Shown: piece after piece, positions 1 to 10,107 of the stretch
Numbering within the stretch: position 1 is the stretch's first letter
Layout: each line of letters starts with the position of its first letter
Assembly: GCA_046483495.1 (NCBI GenBank)
Contig: JAWODC010000067.1
Coordinates: forward strand, 128,528-192,527
Origin: Desulfobacterales bacterium
GTDB taxonomy: Bacteria > Desulfobacterota > Desulfobacteria > Desulfobacterales > UBA5616
Length of the DNA stretch: 64,000 bases
Direction of reading: 5' to 3'
Notes under the pieces: generated by a model
Seen by the model: the letters and a program-made list of their open reading frames with translations, nothing else
What the model was told of the DNA's origin: nothing
The model's database searches: none
Program-made: the position numbers and the translations under genes

Positions 1-1140
1 GAAAAGCGATTTGTACAGGGTAACCAGGCATGTGCCGAGGCCGCGCTTTACGCGGGCCTCGATTTTTTTGCCGGGTACCCCATCACCCCCTCCACGGAAA
101 TCGCCGAACACCTGGCTTATGAGCTTCCAAAAGTGGGCGGCAAGTTTATACAGATGGAAGACGAAATCGCCTCGATTTGTGCGATTATCGGCGCTTCCCT
201 GACCGGGGATAAAGTGATGACGGCAACCAGCGGGCCGGGTTTTTCCTTGATGCAGGAGGCCCTGGGCTACGCTGTGATGACGGAAATCCCCTGCGTAATC
301 GTCAATGTCCAGCGCGGAGGGCCATCCACCGGTCTGCCCACCAGCACCGGGCAGGGGGACGTGTACCAGGCCAGGTGGGGAACGCATGGGGATCATGCCG
401 TCATCGTTCTGACCGCATCCTGCGGTCAGGACGTGTTCGCCATAACCGTGGACGCCTTCAACCTGGCGGAAACATACCGCACACCGGTGGTCCTTCTTTT
501 CGATGAAATCGTGGGCCATACCCGTGAACCGCTGGTCATCCCGAACAAGGGCGAAATCCCGCTGGTCAGACGGTTGCAAACTTCGGTGCCTGAAGGCGTG
601 GATTACCACCCCTATCTGCCCCGGGAGGACGGCCGGCTGCCGATGTCCGATTTCGGTGGTGTACACCGCTACAACGTAACGGGCCTTTTCCACGATATGT
701 GGGGATTTCCTACCAGGGATCCTGCGACGGTCAGCGATCTTCTCCATCATCTCGTAGATAAAATCAGAAACAATGTCCATGCGATCACCCGGTTTAGAAC
801 TTACGAATTGGAAGATGCGGAATGCATCCTGGTTTCCTACGGATGTTCGGCCCGGTCTTCACTTGAAGTCGTGGAAAGCAGAAGGGCCAGAGGTGAAAAG
901 CTGGGTATGCTGGAGCTTCAATCCCTGTGGCCGTTTCCTTATGACCTCGTACGGGAGAAATGTGCTCGCGCCAAGCACATCGTCGTTGTCGAGATGAACA
1001 TGGGTCAAATCGTTCGCGCGGTCAAACGGGCCGTGGACCGGCCTGAACGGGTGGTCCTGGCGAACCGCTTCGACGGCGTCTTTATAACTCCTGCGGATAT
1101 TCGAAATATTCTGCGCATTATTCAGGGAAAAGGGGTTTAG
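1..1140 (+). CDS. korA: 2-oxoacid:ferredoxin oxidoreductase, alpha subunit (5' end cut by window edge)
   Basis: Frame 1 is open from nt 1 (EKRFVQGNQACAEAALYAGLDFFAGYPITPSTEIAE...). It carries the GYPITPS motif of the KorA/OorA/PorA family. Beta and gamma subunit genes follow directly. Confidence 0.85.
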   Translation, partial: EKRFVQGNQACAEAALYAGLDFFAGYPITPSTEIAEHLAYELPKVGGKFIQMEDEIASICAIIGASLTGDKVMTATSGPGFSLMQEALGYAVMTEIPCVIVNVQRGGPSTGLPTSTGQGDVYQARWGTHGDHAVIVLTASCGQDVFAITVDAFNLAETYRTPVVLLFDEIVGHTREPLVIPNKGEIPLVRRLQTSVPEGVDYHPYLPREDGRLPMSDFGGVHRYNVTGLFHDMWGFPTRDPATVSDLLHHLVDKIRNNVHAITRFRTYELEDAECILVSYGCSARSSLEVVESRRARGEKLGMLELQSLWPFPYDLVREKCARAKHIVVVEMNMGQIVRAVKRAVDRPERVVLANRFDGVFITPADIRNILRIIQGKGV

Positions 1141-1141
1141 C

Positions 1142-1948
1142 ATGGCGGTGCGAGATTACATCAGGGAAAAATTTTTTCCACATTTGTGGTGCCCGGGGTG
1201 CGGCCACGGCATTGTTCTCAACTGCCTGCTGAGAGCCGTCGAACAGATGGGGCTCGATAAAAACGACATCGTGATGGTTTCCGGCATCGGATGCTCCGCC
1301 AGAATTTCAGGATATGTGGATTTTCATACGCTCCATACGTTGCACGGCAGGGCCCTTGCCTTTGCAACGGGCGTGAAGATGAGCCGACCTGACCTGAACC
1401 TGATCGTGCCCATGGGGGACGGGGATGCACTGGCTATCGGCGGGAATCATTTCATTCACGCGGCGCGACGGAATATCGATATCACGGCTCTCGTTATGAA
1501 CAACAGGGTGTACGGAATGACGGGCGGGCAGTTTTCACCGCTGTCCGGGTTCGGCACCTCGGCCACTACGGCACCCTATATGAGCATCGATCATGAATTT
1601 GACGTGGTGGAAATCGCCCGGGCTGCGGGGGCATCTTTCATTGCGCGGTCCACCACCTACCATGTGAAGCAATTAACCGACTTTATCATAAAAGCCGTTC
1701 GACACAAAGGCTTCTCCGTAGTTGAAATAATGACGCAGTGCCCCACGTATTTCGGCAGAAAAAACAAGCTGGGGAACGCCGCCCGAATGATGGAGCTGTT
1801 CAAGACCCAAACGACACCGATCGGCTCCTCGGCAAAGTCGGAAAACCCGGATCTCATCGAACGGGGCATATTCGTGGAAAAGGATATTCCGGAATACTGC
1901 GAGGAATACAACAAAGTCATTCTAAAGGCGATGAAGGAAAAATCCTGA
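1142..1948 (+). CDS. korB: 2-oxoacid:ferredoxin oxidoreductase, beta (TPP-binding) subunit
   Basis: N-terminal CPGCGHG and a TPP motif (GDGDALAIGGNHFIHAARRNIDITALVMNNRVYGMTGGQ). Starts 1 nt after the korA stop. Confidence 0.9.
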   Translation: MAVRDYIREKFFPHLWCPGCGHGIVLNCLLRAVEQMGLDKNDIVMVSGIGCSARISGYVDFHTLHTLHGRALAFATGVKMSRPDLNLIVPMGDGDALAIGGNHFIHAARRNIDITALVMNNRVYGMTGGQFSPLSGFGTSATTAPYMSIDHEFDVVEIARAAGASFIARSTTYHVKQLTDFIIKAVRHKGFSVVEIMTQCPTYFGRKNKLGNAARMMELFKTQTTPIGSSAKSENPDLIERGIFVEKDIPEYCEEYNKVILKAMKEKS

Positions 1949-2520
1949 TGGAGATCTGCAGAATCGTGTTTGCCGGCTCAGGAGGGCAGGGGGTGATCAC
2001 AGCGGCTATTGTGCTGGCCGAAGCCGCCGTTATATACGAGGATCTCATTGCAGTCCAGTCCCAGAGCTACGGGCCGGAGGCCAGAGGCGGGTCCACCCGG
2101 TCGGATGTCATCGTTGCCGATTCCCCCATTCGGTATCCAAAGGTAAATCAGCCGAATGTCCTGGTCTGCCTTACACAGGAATCCTATAACAAATATTATC
2201 CGATCATCCGTCCCGGAGGCATTTTAATAACGGATCTCAGGCATGTCACTCCTCTTTCACGTGGGGATGCCCGGCAACTGGCGCTGCCGATATATGATAC
2301 CGTAATGGCTGAAATCGGCAGTCCCGTGGTCCAGAACATCTGCATGCTGGGAGCGGTGGCGGGTATCACCGGACTGGTTCGCCGGGAGTCGATTATGAGT
2401 TCACTTAAAGGGCGCGTTCCCCCGGAATTTCTCGCCATGAACCAAAAGGCCCTCAGGCTGGGGTTCGGGCTTGTTGCGGACAGAAAAGATGCCTATCCCG
2501 CCTGTATGATGAGGGTATGA
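1948..2520 (+). CDS. korC: 2-oxoacid:ferredoxin oxidoreductase, gamma subunit
   Basis: Internal ATG of track ORF 1738..2520. The N-terminus MEICRIVFAGSGGQGVITAA is typical of gamma subunits. The ATG shares one nt with the korB TGA. Confidence 0.8.
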   Translation: MEICRIVFAGSGGQGVITAAIVLAEAAVIYEDLIAVQSQSYGPEARGGSTRSDVIVADSPIRYPKVNQPNVLVCLTQESYNKYYPIIRPGGILITDLRHVTPLSRGDARQLALPIYDTVMAEIGSPVVQNICMLGAVAGITGLVRRESIMSSLKGRVPPEFLAMNQKALRLGFGLVADRKDAYPACMMRV

Positions 2521-3713
2521 CGATGCTCGAGGAAAACGGCGGCCTGTACATTCACGTGCCGTTTTGCGTCCGAAAGTGCCGCTATTGCGACTTTTATTCG
2601 GAAACGGATCTTGCCCCCATCGATGCCTTTGTGGATGCCGTTGTCCGTGAAACGGCAATGATCGAGAAACCGCTCATGAAGTTCGATTCGCTTTACTTGG
2701 GTGGTGGAACCCCGTCTTTACTATTTCCGGATCATGTGCAAACCCTCATCGAGGCCATTCGGAATGCTTTCGAACTGGTGCCCGGTAGTGAAATCACGCT
2801 TGAAGCCAACCCCAAGACCACTTCGGCCGTTCAATTGACCCGATACCGTGCCGCCGGTATAAACCGCATACACCTGGGTGTTCAGTCTTTCAACGATCGG
2901 CGCCTGGCCTTTTTAGGGAGGATGCACACATCAGCGGATGCCGAATCGACACTGCAACAAGCCCGAAACGCCGGCTTCGAGAATCTGGGAATCGATCTGA
3001 TCTACGGCCTTCCCGGCCAGACCCTGTCCGACTGGTTCTCTGATTTGAGGCGGGCCGTTTATTTCCGGCCGGAACACCTTTCCTGCTACATGCTGACACT
3101 GGAGCCCGGGACACCGCTTTTCGAAGATGCCGCGGCCGGAAAATTCACGTCCTTGTCCGATGCCAAAACCCGCGATCTCTATATGGCCACCGTGGCGTTT
3201 CTGGAAGAACACGGATATGACCAGTACGAAATATCCAATTTTGCATCGAGGCCTTCCCCTGCCGTGACAGAGGCCGGCGGACATACATTCGACCCGGAAA
3301 ACCCCTGCAAATCCCATCACAATCGAAAATATTGGTCCGGCGCACCCTATTTGGGGTTTGGACCTTCCGCACACTCCCATGTCGCCCGGCAACGGTGGTG
3401 GAATGCTCGGAGCCTGACCGGGTATTTAAAAAGTATTCTGAACGGGCATCTTCCCATTGAGGAAAGGGAAGTCCTCTCTCGAGAGCAGGTGATAATCGAA
3501 TCCGTTTATCTGGGACTGAGAACGGTTCGCGGCATCGATGTCGCGGCATTCGAAACACATTATGGGGTGAATTTCACGCGTACTTTTGAACCGGTTCTCG
3601 GCCCGCTGGTGAATGCCGGACTGATGGAATGCCTGCCGGATAGGTGCAGACTGACGCGCCGCGGAATGCTTTACCTGGACACGATAGCCGATCGAATGAT
3701 TACCGTGCTGTAA
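2517..3713 (+). CDS. hemW: radical SAM heme chaperone HemW / HemN-like oxygen-independent coproporphyrinogen oxidase family
   Basis: CxxxCxxC cluster (PFCVRKCRYCDF), a GGGTPS motif and a HemN_C-like C-terminus. The start overlaps the korC stop (ATGA). Confidence 0.85.
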   Translation: MTMLEENGGLYIHVPFCVRKCRYCDFYSETDLAPIDAFVDAVVRETAMIEKPLMKFDSLYLGGGTPSLLFPDHVQTLIEAIRNAFELVPGSEITLEANPKTTSAVQLTRYRAAGINRIHLGVQSFNDRRLAFLGRMHTSADAESTLQQARNAGFENLGIDLIYGLPGQTLSDWFSDLRRAVYFRPEHLSCYMLTLEPGTPLFEDAAAGKFTSLSDAKTRDLYMATVAFLEEHGYDQYEISNFASRPSPAVTEAGGHTFDPENPCKSHHNRKYWSGAPYLGFGPSAHSHVARQRWWNARSLTGYLKSILNGHLPIEEREVLSREQVIIESVYLGLRTVRGIDVAAFETHYGVNFTRTFEPVLGPLVNAGLMECLPDRCRLTRRGMLYLDTIADRMITVL

Positions 3714-3753
3714 TTCCTTCGGCATTCACCTGCACCTGAAGCGTGGGCGTTTT

Positions 3754-5124
3754 TCATGCCTTGGATTCCCGTACGATTCCCAGTGACGTTTTGAACAGTA
3801 TGGGCCCGATAACCTGGTTGATTGCAATAACGGCCAGGATGATCGTCGTCAGGTATCCGCCGATCTGGGGAAACTGTTTTCCGGCCAGCTGGGCAAGCCC
3901 GATGGATACCCCGGCTTGTGTGAGATAAGCCATCCACGCACTATTGGAATGAGAAACGGGGTCGCGATTGATCATTCCTGCAATCGAGGAAGAGATGAAA
4001 ATGCCGATTGCACGCATACCGACCAGGCAGACGGCGAGCGGCCAGCATAAAAGAAGAGAGAATAAGTTCAGTGAAGCGCCGGCATGGGTAAAGAAAAGGA
4101 CGAATATGGGGAGTGACATACGGTCCAATGTCGACATAAACGGCGTTCCGGAAGGGGTAAAGTTTCGAACGACAAAGCCGGCACTCATGCAAATCAGCAG
4201 GGGCTCTAAATGGAAGGAGGCGTTGAAATTGGCTTCCATAACGTTGGCCAGCCATAAAGAGACCTTGGTAACGCTGAATGCAAAAAAAAGCAGAAGCAGA
4301 ATGAGGTCCCGGCCGACATGTTGAATGTAGATCGAAAGTCCCTTTCCAAGGACGGCACCGATGATGAAGGAAACGGCCAGCTCGATTCCCAGTGCAACGA
4401 ATGCCTCGTGCTGCAAAAACGCTTTTCCGGACAGCAGAATCTGGGAAACGGCCATGGCGATGGTAAAAAATACGATGATCAATACATCGATAAGAATGGT
4501 GACCCCCAACACCGTTTCGGTAAACGGACCGGATGCCCTGCTTTCGCTGATAATGGCAATCGCCGATGACGGGGACCGGGCAACGGAAATCACGCCGAGC
4601 AAGACCGCCATTACGGAAAGGTGGACCGGAGAAATGTGGCGGGTCATTTCGAATCGGTTGCCCACGAGCATGAAAAATCCGAATACGATCAGAAAAACCG
4701 TAATGGATTGAAACACGGTGTTCAGCAGGATAGCCGACGCCCTGTTTTTCAGGGACTTCAGTTCGAGCTTTCCCCCGGCTGTCAAGGCAATGACGGCCAA
4801 TGCCAGATCGTTTATCAGCAGCAGCCGTTCGACCATTTCGCCGGAAAGAAATTCGGTGATGTATGGCCCTGCCACGATGCCGGTGAAGATGTACCCGCTG
4901 ATCATGGGCAGCTTCAGTGTTTTCAGGATGCGGGCCGTCACATAGGATATCAGCAGGATAAAACCCACAGAGAAATTGATCAATCCGGCTTTTTGCCAGG
5001 CCGTTTCGGGATGAATGCTTTTCAGCCAAAAGGCCATGAGAACCATGAGAACCCATATGACGACATATGCCCTCAAATTTATGCCTTTTCCTGTTGGCTG
5101 CTGCATATAAGACGCTTTCTTCAA
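3754..5124 (-). CDS. cation:proton antiporter family membrane protein
   Basis: 456-aa polytopic membrane protein with more than 10 hydrophobic helices and a general resemblance to Na+/H+ exchanger (CPA) proteins. The call is at family level only. Confidence 0.7.
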   Translation of the reverse strand: MKKASYMQQPTGKGINLRAYVVIWVLMVLMAFWLKSIHPETAWQKAGLINFSVGFILLISYVTARILKTLKLPMISGYIFTGIVAGPYITEFLSGEMVERLLLINDLALAVIALTAGGKLELKSLKNRASAILLNTVFQSITVFLIVFGFFMLVGNRFEMTRHISPVHLSVMAVLLGVISVARSPSSAIAIISESRASGPFTETVLGVTILIDVLIIVFFTIAMAVSQILLSGKAFLQHEAFVALGIELAVSFIIGAVLGKGLSIYIQHVGRDLILLLLFFAFSVTKVSLWLANVMEANFNASFHLEPLLICMSAGFVVRNFTPSGTPFMSTLDRMSLPIFVLFFTHAGASLNLFSLLLCWPLAVCLVGMRAIGIFISSSIAGMINRDPVSHSNSAWMAYLTQAGVSIGLAQLAGKQFPQIGGYLTTIILAVIAINQVIGPILFKTSLGIVRESKA

Positions 5125-5255
5125 CGATGATTCACATCGTGATCCTTAATACCGGCTTATCTTCTCGTTTCAGGAATGATAAATAGGCGATCAGGGGTGG
5201 ACGGCAACCGAAACAAACTGCGCCTCATCGTGTTTCACAACATCCGAAGCGGATT

Positions 5256-6656
5256 TTATCGATCCGCCGTTCCGGTTCTCCATTGCCGGTATCGCCGGAG
5301 TGCCGCCAGTGCATAAACAGCCCGTTCAGGCGTCGTGAATACGGGAATGGACGGCTCCAGGGTGTCTTTGAATAAATCCACAAGATGTTTGTGGCTGATG
5401 ACAGCGACGGCCAAGGGTTTGTCGAAACGACGGTGCTTCAAAGAGGTGCTGCTGCCGAAGAAGAAGGATTCCAGCGTAACCGAGGATGCCATATGGCGAT
5501 AGGCGGCATACGGGATGGCGATAATGGCAAGCACCATGTCGATTTCCGGATCTTCCATCATGGCGGCGAACGCCTTTGGAAATTGGGCGGAAGGGCCTAC
5601 ATCCAATGGATTCTTTATGTTCATCCAGCCCGGTGCGCCCTCCCGGACGGCCGTAACGATGCTTTCGGACAACGGTGCGAGGACAAGCCCCTGTTCAACG
5701 GCATAATCGGTGGCCAGGGCGCCCATGCTGCCGCTGCCGGTGATGATCCCGAGCCGGTTCCCCTTGGGAAGAGGCTGTGTAGGGAACACCCGGGCGAAAT
5801 CAACGAGGTCCTGCAGCGTTTTTGCCCGAATGGCCCCTGTTTGGGAGAACATCCCTTCATAGAGGGCGTCTTCTCCGGACAGGCTGCCGGTGTGGGATGA
5901 CGTTGCGGCTTTCCCCGGTTCGGTCTTTCCGCTCTTCAAGATCATTACCGGTTTGTCTTGTGACACAATTTTCAAATGTTCTTTAAGGCGCCTTCCTTCG
6001 GCGGAGCCTTCGATGTACATGACAATGGCGCTCGTTTCCGGATCACGATGAAAGTAGGACAAGACGTCGATTTCATCGATCACGAGCCGGTTGCCCAGGG
6101 TGACCGCCTTGGATATGGAAATGCCGTATTCATTGAAGCGCTCGAGAAGGTTATGTCCGAATACGCCGCTCTGAGCCATGACCGCGAGATTGCCGGGCTG
6201 AAACGCCTCCGGCATGAGTTCGGTTGTGCTGAAGCGGTTGGCGGTATTGACGACCCCGACGCAGTTGGGCCCGATAACGTTCAGTCCGTACCGCAAGGAG
6301 ACCGCCCTGGCGGTTTCCTGCAGGTGCTCCCCTGCCTTTCCGGCTTCGGCGAATCCTGCGCTCATGAGGATGACATGCCGGATGCCGGATTCGCCGATGT
6401 CGGTCAGGACCTCGGGTACGGCCGGTGCCGGGACGATGACCACGGCCAGGTCTACGAGATCGTAAATGTCATGAACGGAGGTGTACACGGGCATGCCGTG
6501 AAGACGCCCGCCGTTCGGGTTGACCAGGAAGGTCCTGTCTCCCCAGCCGTTTTCCTTTAAATTGGCGGGCAGCATATACCCGAAGCCCGGGGTGCTTCTG
6601 GCACCAATCACGGCGATACCGTCGGGGTTGAAAAAGGGGTGGAGCGATTTTTCCAT
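5256..6656 (-). CDS. ADP-forming acetyl-CoA synthetase-like protein, alpha-type (CoA-binding plus succinyl-CoA-ligase-like flavodoxin domains)
   Basis: N-terminal CoA-binding fold (PDGIAVIGARS...) and a phosphohistidine loop (SSHTGSLSG). The ATG abuts the topA stop with no spacer. No ATP-grasp (beta) domain is present. Confidence 0.75.
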   Translation of the reverse strand: MEKSLHPFFNPDGIAVIGARSTPGFGYMLPANLKENGWGDRTFLVNPNGGRLHGMPVYTSVHDIYDLVDLAVVIVPAPAVPEVLTDIGESGIRHVILMSAGFAEAGKAGEHLQETARAVSLRYGLNVIGPNCVGVVNTANRFSTTELMPEAFQPGNLAVMAQSGVFGHNLLERFNEYGISISKAVTLGNRLVIDEIDVLSYFHRDPETSAIVMYIEGSAEGRRLKEHLKIVSQDKPVMILKSGKTEPGKAATSSHTGSLSGEDALYEGMFSQTGAIRAKTLQDLVDFARVFPTQPLPKGNRLGIITGSGSMGALATDYAVEQGLVLAPLSESIVTAVREGAPGWMNIKNPLDVGPSAQFPKAFAAMMEDPEIDMVLAIIAIPYAAYRHMASSVTLESFFFGSSTSLKHRRFDKPLAVAVISHKHLVDLFKDTLEPSIPVFTTPERAVYALAALRRYRQWRTGTADR

Positions 6657-8960
6657 TTACGACTCCTTGCGGCCGTTTTCTGTCTTCTCTCGAAAGCCGC
6701 ATCCCCGTGTACGGCAGATGAGGAAAATGCCGTCTTTTTTGGTTGATTTTTCAAAAAGGATCGATGCACCGCAATTGGGGCAGGATTTGGCCACCGGCTT
6801 TTCCCATGAGGCAAGCGTACAGTCCGGGTAGCGATTGCAACCGTAGAAAATTTTTCCCCGCTTGGACTGCTTTTCCATAATTTCTCCCGGGCAGTTCTCC
6901 CGGGGACACGGCACCCCTATGGGCGTTCCATGACCGTTGTTCCCCATGGATTGGGTGTGGGTGCATTCCGGATACCCGCTGCACGCTAAAAAATCACCGA
7001 ATTTACCGTGCCGGATCACCATCGGCCGTCCGCATTTCTCACAGATTTTGTCCGTTACTTCACCGGCGGCCGATTTGACAAGTTGAATGTTGCCTTTTTC
7101 ATCGCGGGCATAATCACGCGTAAATGAGCAGTCGGGATATCCGCTGCAAGCCAGAAACGGGCCGTTCTTCCCGACCTTTATATTCAGGGTCTTACCACAT
7201 TGGGGACATGAAAGCGGAGTCGGGAACCCGACACCTTTTATGCTTTGCATTTCGTTCAGAGCCTTGTCCAACTCCCGCTTGAATGGATCGTAAAATCGGG
7301 AGAGAATTTCAAGGGACTGCGCCTTGTCGGTCTCGATTCGATCCAAATCTTCTTCCATTTTAGCGGTAAAATCGACATTGATCAGATCAGGGAAGTTTTG
7401 AACCAGGAGATCATTGACGATGAATCCCAGTTCACTGGGTCTGAAATACCCTTTTACAAGCTCAACATACCCTTTATCCCGAATGGTGGATAAAATAGCG
7501 GCATACGTGCTCGGCCTGCCGATGCCGTTTTCCTCCAATTCTTTCACCAGTGATGCTTCCGAAAACCGTGGGGGGGGAAGGGTGAAATGCTGTTTGGGTT
7601 CCAGTTTATCGAGATGCAAGACTTCCTTTTCGGTCAGCTCCGGAAGTTTGGGTTTTTTATCGAAAATACTGCTTTCGATTTCGTCGTCGGCGCTTTTGTA
7701 CAGGATCATAAACCCGGGAAACTTAACGGTTGAACCGCTCGCATTAAAGATAAACGAACCGGCTTTAACGGCAACTGAAATCTGATCGATTAAGGCCTCT
7801 TTCATTTGAGAGGCGGTAAACCTTTCCCATATCAGCCTGTAGAGTGCCAGCTGATCGGCGGAAAGGAAAGCACCGATCTTTTCCGGAGAATTTGCCGGCG
7901 ACGTCGGCCGTATGGCTTCATGCGCATCCTGCGCTTTCTTCTTATTCGGGTAAAACCGGGGCTTGGACAAGGCGTAATCCGGGCCGAATTTTTCACGAAC
8001 AAAAGCGATGGCTTCTTCGGCGGCTTCTCTGGAGATCCGGGTGCTGTCCGTCCTCATATAGGTGATTAGACCCACGGGGTCCCCAGGCCCCAGATCGATC
8101 CCTTCATAGAGCTGCTGGGCCACCATCATGGTTTTTTTGGCGGAAAAACGCAATTTCCGGATGGCCTCCTGCTGAAGCTTGCTCGTAGTGAACGGCGGCA
8201 GCGGGTTTCGTTTTGTCGTCTTTTTGGTGATCTTATCGACTACAAACGGCTTATCGGCGAGTTCATCGATAATCGTGTCGGACGCATGCTGATCCGGGAT
8301 TTTTATTTTTCTGTCGTTTTTTTTAACCAACCGGGCCGTAAAGGCAGGGGGGGTCGTGCTTTGGAGATGTGCCGTAATCGACCAGTACTCTTCAGGTTCG
8401 AATGCCTGAATATCCCGCTCCCTGTCACAGATGATGCGCACAGCGACCGATTGCACCCGGCCGGCGCTCAATCCTCCCTTTACTTTTCGCCAGAGGAGGG
8501 GTGATATCTGATAACCGACAAGACGGTCTAAAATTCTTCGGGCCTGCTGCGCTTCATACTTGTTTCGGTCAAGCTCGGTCGGTGATGAAATGGCTTCCAG
8601 GATGGCCCTCTTGGTAAGTTCGTGAAAAAGGACCCGGTAAAATTTCCTTCCCTTTTCATTCAATACTTCGGCGGTATGCCAGGCAATGGCTTCGCCTTCC
8701 CGATCCGGGTCCGGGGCCAGGTAAATTTCGTCGCTTTCTTTGGCCGCTTTTTTCAAATCAGATATGACTTTGTTTTTCCCTTGTATGGTTTTATAATGGG
8801 GTTTGAAGTCGTGTTCGATATCGATTCCGATTTCTTTCACCGGGAGGTCTTTGATATGTCCAACGGTGGCTGCCACCTTGTAATCGTTTCCCAGGTACTT
8901 TTTCAGTGTTCTTACTTTTGTCGGTGATTCAACAATTACCAGCGGTTTTGCCAATGTCAT
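6657..8960 (-). CDS. topA: DNA topoisomerase I
   Basis: TOPRIM N-terminus (LVIVESPTKVRTLKKYLG), a topoisomerase IA core and four C-terminal Cys4 zinc ribbons. I chose the internal ATG at 8960 (MTLAKPL) because a GGAGG sits upstream. The 64 codons upstream in the track ORF look non-coding. Confidence 0.95.
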   Translation of the reverse strand: MTLAKPLVIVESPTKVRTLKKYLGNDYKVAATVGHIKDLPVKEIGIDIEHDFKPHYKTIQGKNKVISDLKKAAKESDEIYLAPDPDREGEAIAWHTAEVLNEKGRKFYRVLFHELTKRAILEAISSPTELDRNKYEAQQARRILDRLVGYQISPLLWRKVKGGLSAGRVQSVAVRIICDRERDIQAFEPEEYWSITAHLQSTTPPAFTARLVKKNDRKIKIPDQHASDTIIDELADKPFVVDKITKKTTKRNPLPPFTTSKLQQEAIRKLRFSAKKTMMVAQQLYEGIDLGPGDPVGLITYMRTDSTRISREAAEEAIAFVREKFGPDYALSKPRFYPNKKKAQDAHEAIRPTSPANSPEKIGAFLSADQLALYRLIWERFTASQMKEALIDQISVAVKAGSFIFNASGSTVKFPGFMILYKSADDEIESSIFDKKPKLPELTEKEVLHLDKLEPKQHFTLPPPRFSEASLVKELEENGIGRPSTYAAILSTIRDKGYVELVKGYFRPSELGFIVNDLLVQNFPDLINVDFTAKMEEDLDRIETDKAQSLEILSRFYDPFKRELDKALNEMQSIKGVGFPTPLSCPQCGKTLNIKVGKNGPFLACSGYPDCSFTRDYARDEKGNIQLVKSAAGEVTDKICEKCGRPMVIRHGKFGDFLACSGYPECTHTQSMGNNGHGTPIGVPCPRENCPGEIMEKQSKRGKIFYGCNRYPDCTLASWEKPVAKSCPNCGASILFEKSTKKDGIFLICRTRGCGFREKTENGRKES

Positions 8961-8985
8961 ACCTCCACTCGATACTTTTATGTGG

Positions 8986-10107
8986 TCACACGGAAAGAGA
9001 AAAGAATTTCCCGGGGGATTGTGATACGATCCCCAGCATCTCCAAACGCAGCAGAATGCCGGATAGTTTTCCCGGTTCCAATGCCGTTTTCCGCATGATG
9101 TCATCGATATGTGACGGATAATGCCCCATGTGCCGGACAACCTGATGTTCATCCGGGGACAGGGGTTCCGCCAGGCGATCCATTACCGTGTTTTCAGAAA
9201 TGGATTTTTCATTTATCCACTGTTCGAATTCTTCCAATATATCGTCAATACCGGCAACCAGCTTGGCCCCCTGTTTGATCAGGCCATGGGTGCCCGCGCT
9301 GTTTTCGGAGTGGATGCTGCCGGGAACGGCAAAAACCTCCCGGTTCTGTTCGGCGGCCAGACGGGCCGTGATCAGCGAGCCGCTTTTCTCGGTTGCCTCC
9401 ACCACCACGCACCCCATGGACATACCGCTTATAATCCTGTTTCGAGCCGGAAAATGCCTTGCCTCAGGCCCCGCGGAAAGTTCAAATTCCGAAAACACAG
9501 CGCCGTTTTCTGAAATGGCATGAAACAGCTTTCGGTTTTCCCTCGGATAAATCCGGTCAAATCCGCTTCCCAAAACGGCCGCTGTTTTTCCGCCGGCCTG
9601 AATGGCACCATCATGTGCCGCCGTATCGATTCCCCTTGCCATTCCACTGATGATAACGACGCCCCGTGCGGCCAGTTCGGAGCACAGGCGTCTTGCGGCG
9701 GCCATGCCGTAGGCGGTTGCATTTCGTGAACCCACAACGGCGATCGCGAGGTTTTCCGAGAGGACTTCTGGAGTTCCAAAAACGTAGAGATAGGGAGGGG
9801 GATCGGGTATTTCCAGAAGCAGGCGGGGGTAGTGCGGATCGGTCATCGTCACCAGGTGAATCCCCCTGTCGATCACCCTTCGTAGGTAAGCGGTGACGTC
9901 GGTTTTCGAATGACGCCGTATAACGGCAAGCGCTGTTTTTTTGCTGATGCCTTCAATTTGGCACAGATCCTCATAAGATGCGCCAAAAACCGCTTCGGGA
10001 GATCCGAAGCGGTCGATCAAACGCTTGTACAGAAGATTTCCGATTCCGGGAACATGTTTTAATTCGAACCATGGTATCAGGTGCTTCATGCTTTTTTCCG
10101 TTGCCAT
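8986..10107 (-). CDS. dprA: DNA-processing protein DprA (Smf)
   Basis: N-terminal HhH/SAM-like region (VPGIGNLLYKRLIDRFGSPEAV) and a Rossmann DprA core (AVVGSRNATAYG...SGMARGIDTAAH). An alternative start at 10089 forms an ATGA overlap with the secF stop. Confidence 0.9.
   Translation of the reverse strand: MATEKSMKHLIPWFELKHVPGIGNLLYKRLIDRFGSPEAVFGASYEDLCQIEGISKKTALAVIRRHSKTDVTAYLRRVIDRGIHLVTMTDPHYPRLLLEIPDPPPYLYVFGTPEVLSENLAIAVVGSRNATAYGMAAARRLCSELAARGVVIISGMARGIDTAAHDGAIQAGGKTAAVLGSGFDRIYPRENRKLFHAISENGAVFSEFELSAGPEARHFPARNRIISGMSMGCVVVEATEKSGSLITARLAAEQNREVFAVPGSIHSENSAGTHGLIKQGAKLVAGIDDILEEFEQWINEKSISENTVMDRLAEPLSPDEHQVVRHMGHYPSHIDDIMRKTALEPGKLSGILLRLEMLGIVSQSPGKFFSLSV

Noticed and set aside
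3941-5056. Long alternative-frame or antisense ORFs: 3941..5056, 20043..20747, 21488..22159, 30913..31728, 34353..35330, 58918..59712, 59930..60820 and 62645..63646.
   Set aside because: Each lies entirely within or opposite a confidently identified gene. They show the Arg/Gly/His/Pro-rich composition typical of shadow ORFs in GC-rich coding DNA.
6657-9152. Track N-terminal extensions: topA from 9152, leuS from 17694, dapF from 37851, DUF1329 from 42771, tal from 39693, cinA from 45366 and vapB from 55403.
   Set aside because: In each case an internal ATG preceded by a Shine-Dalgarno sequence begins exactly where family-typical N-terminal sequence starts. The upstream codons look like translated intergenic DNA.
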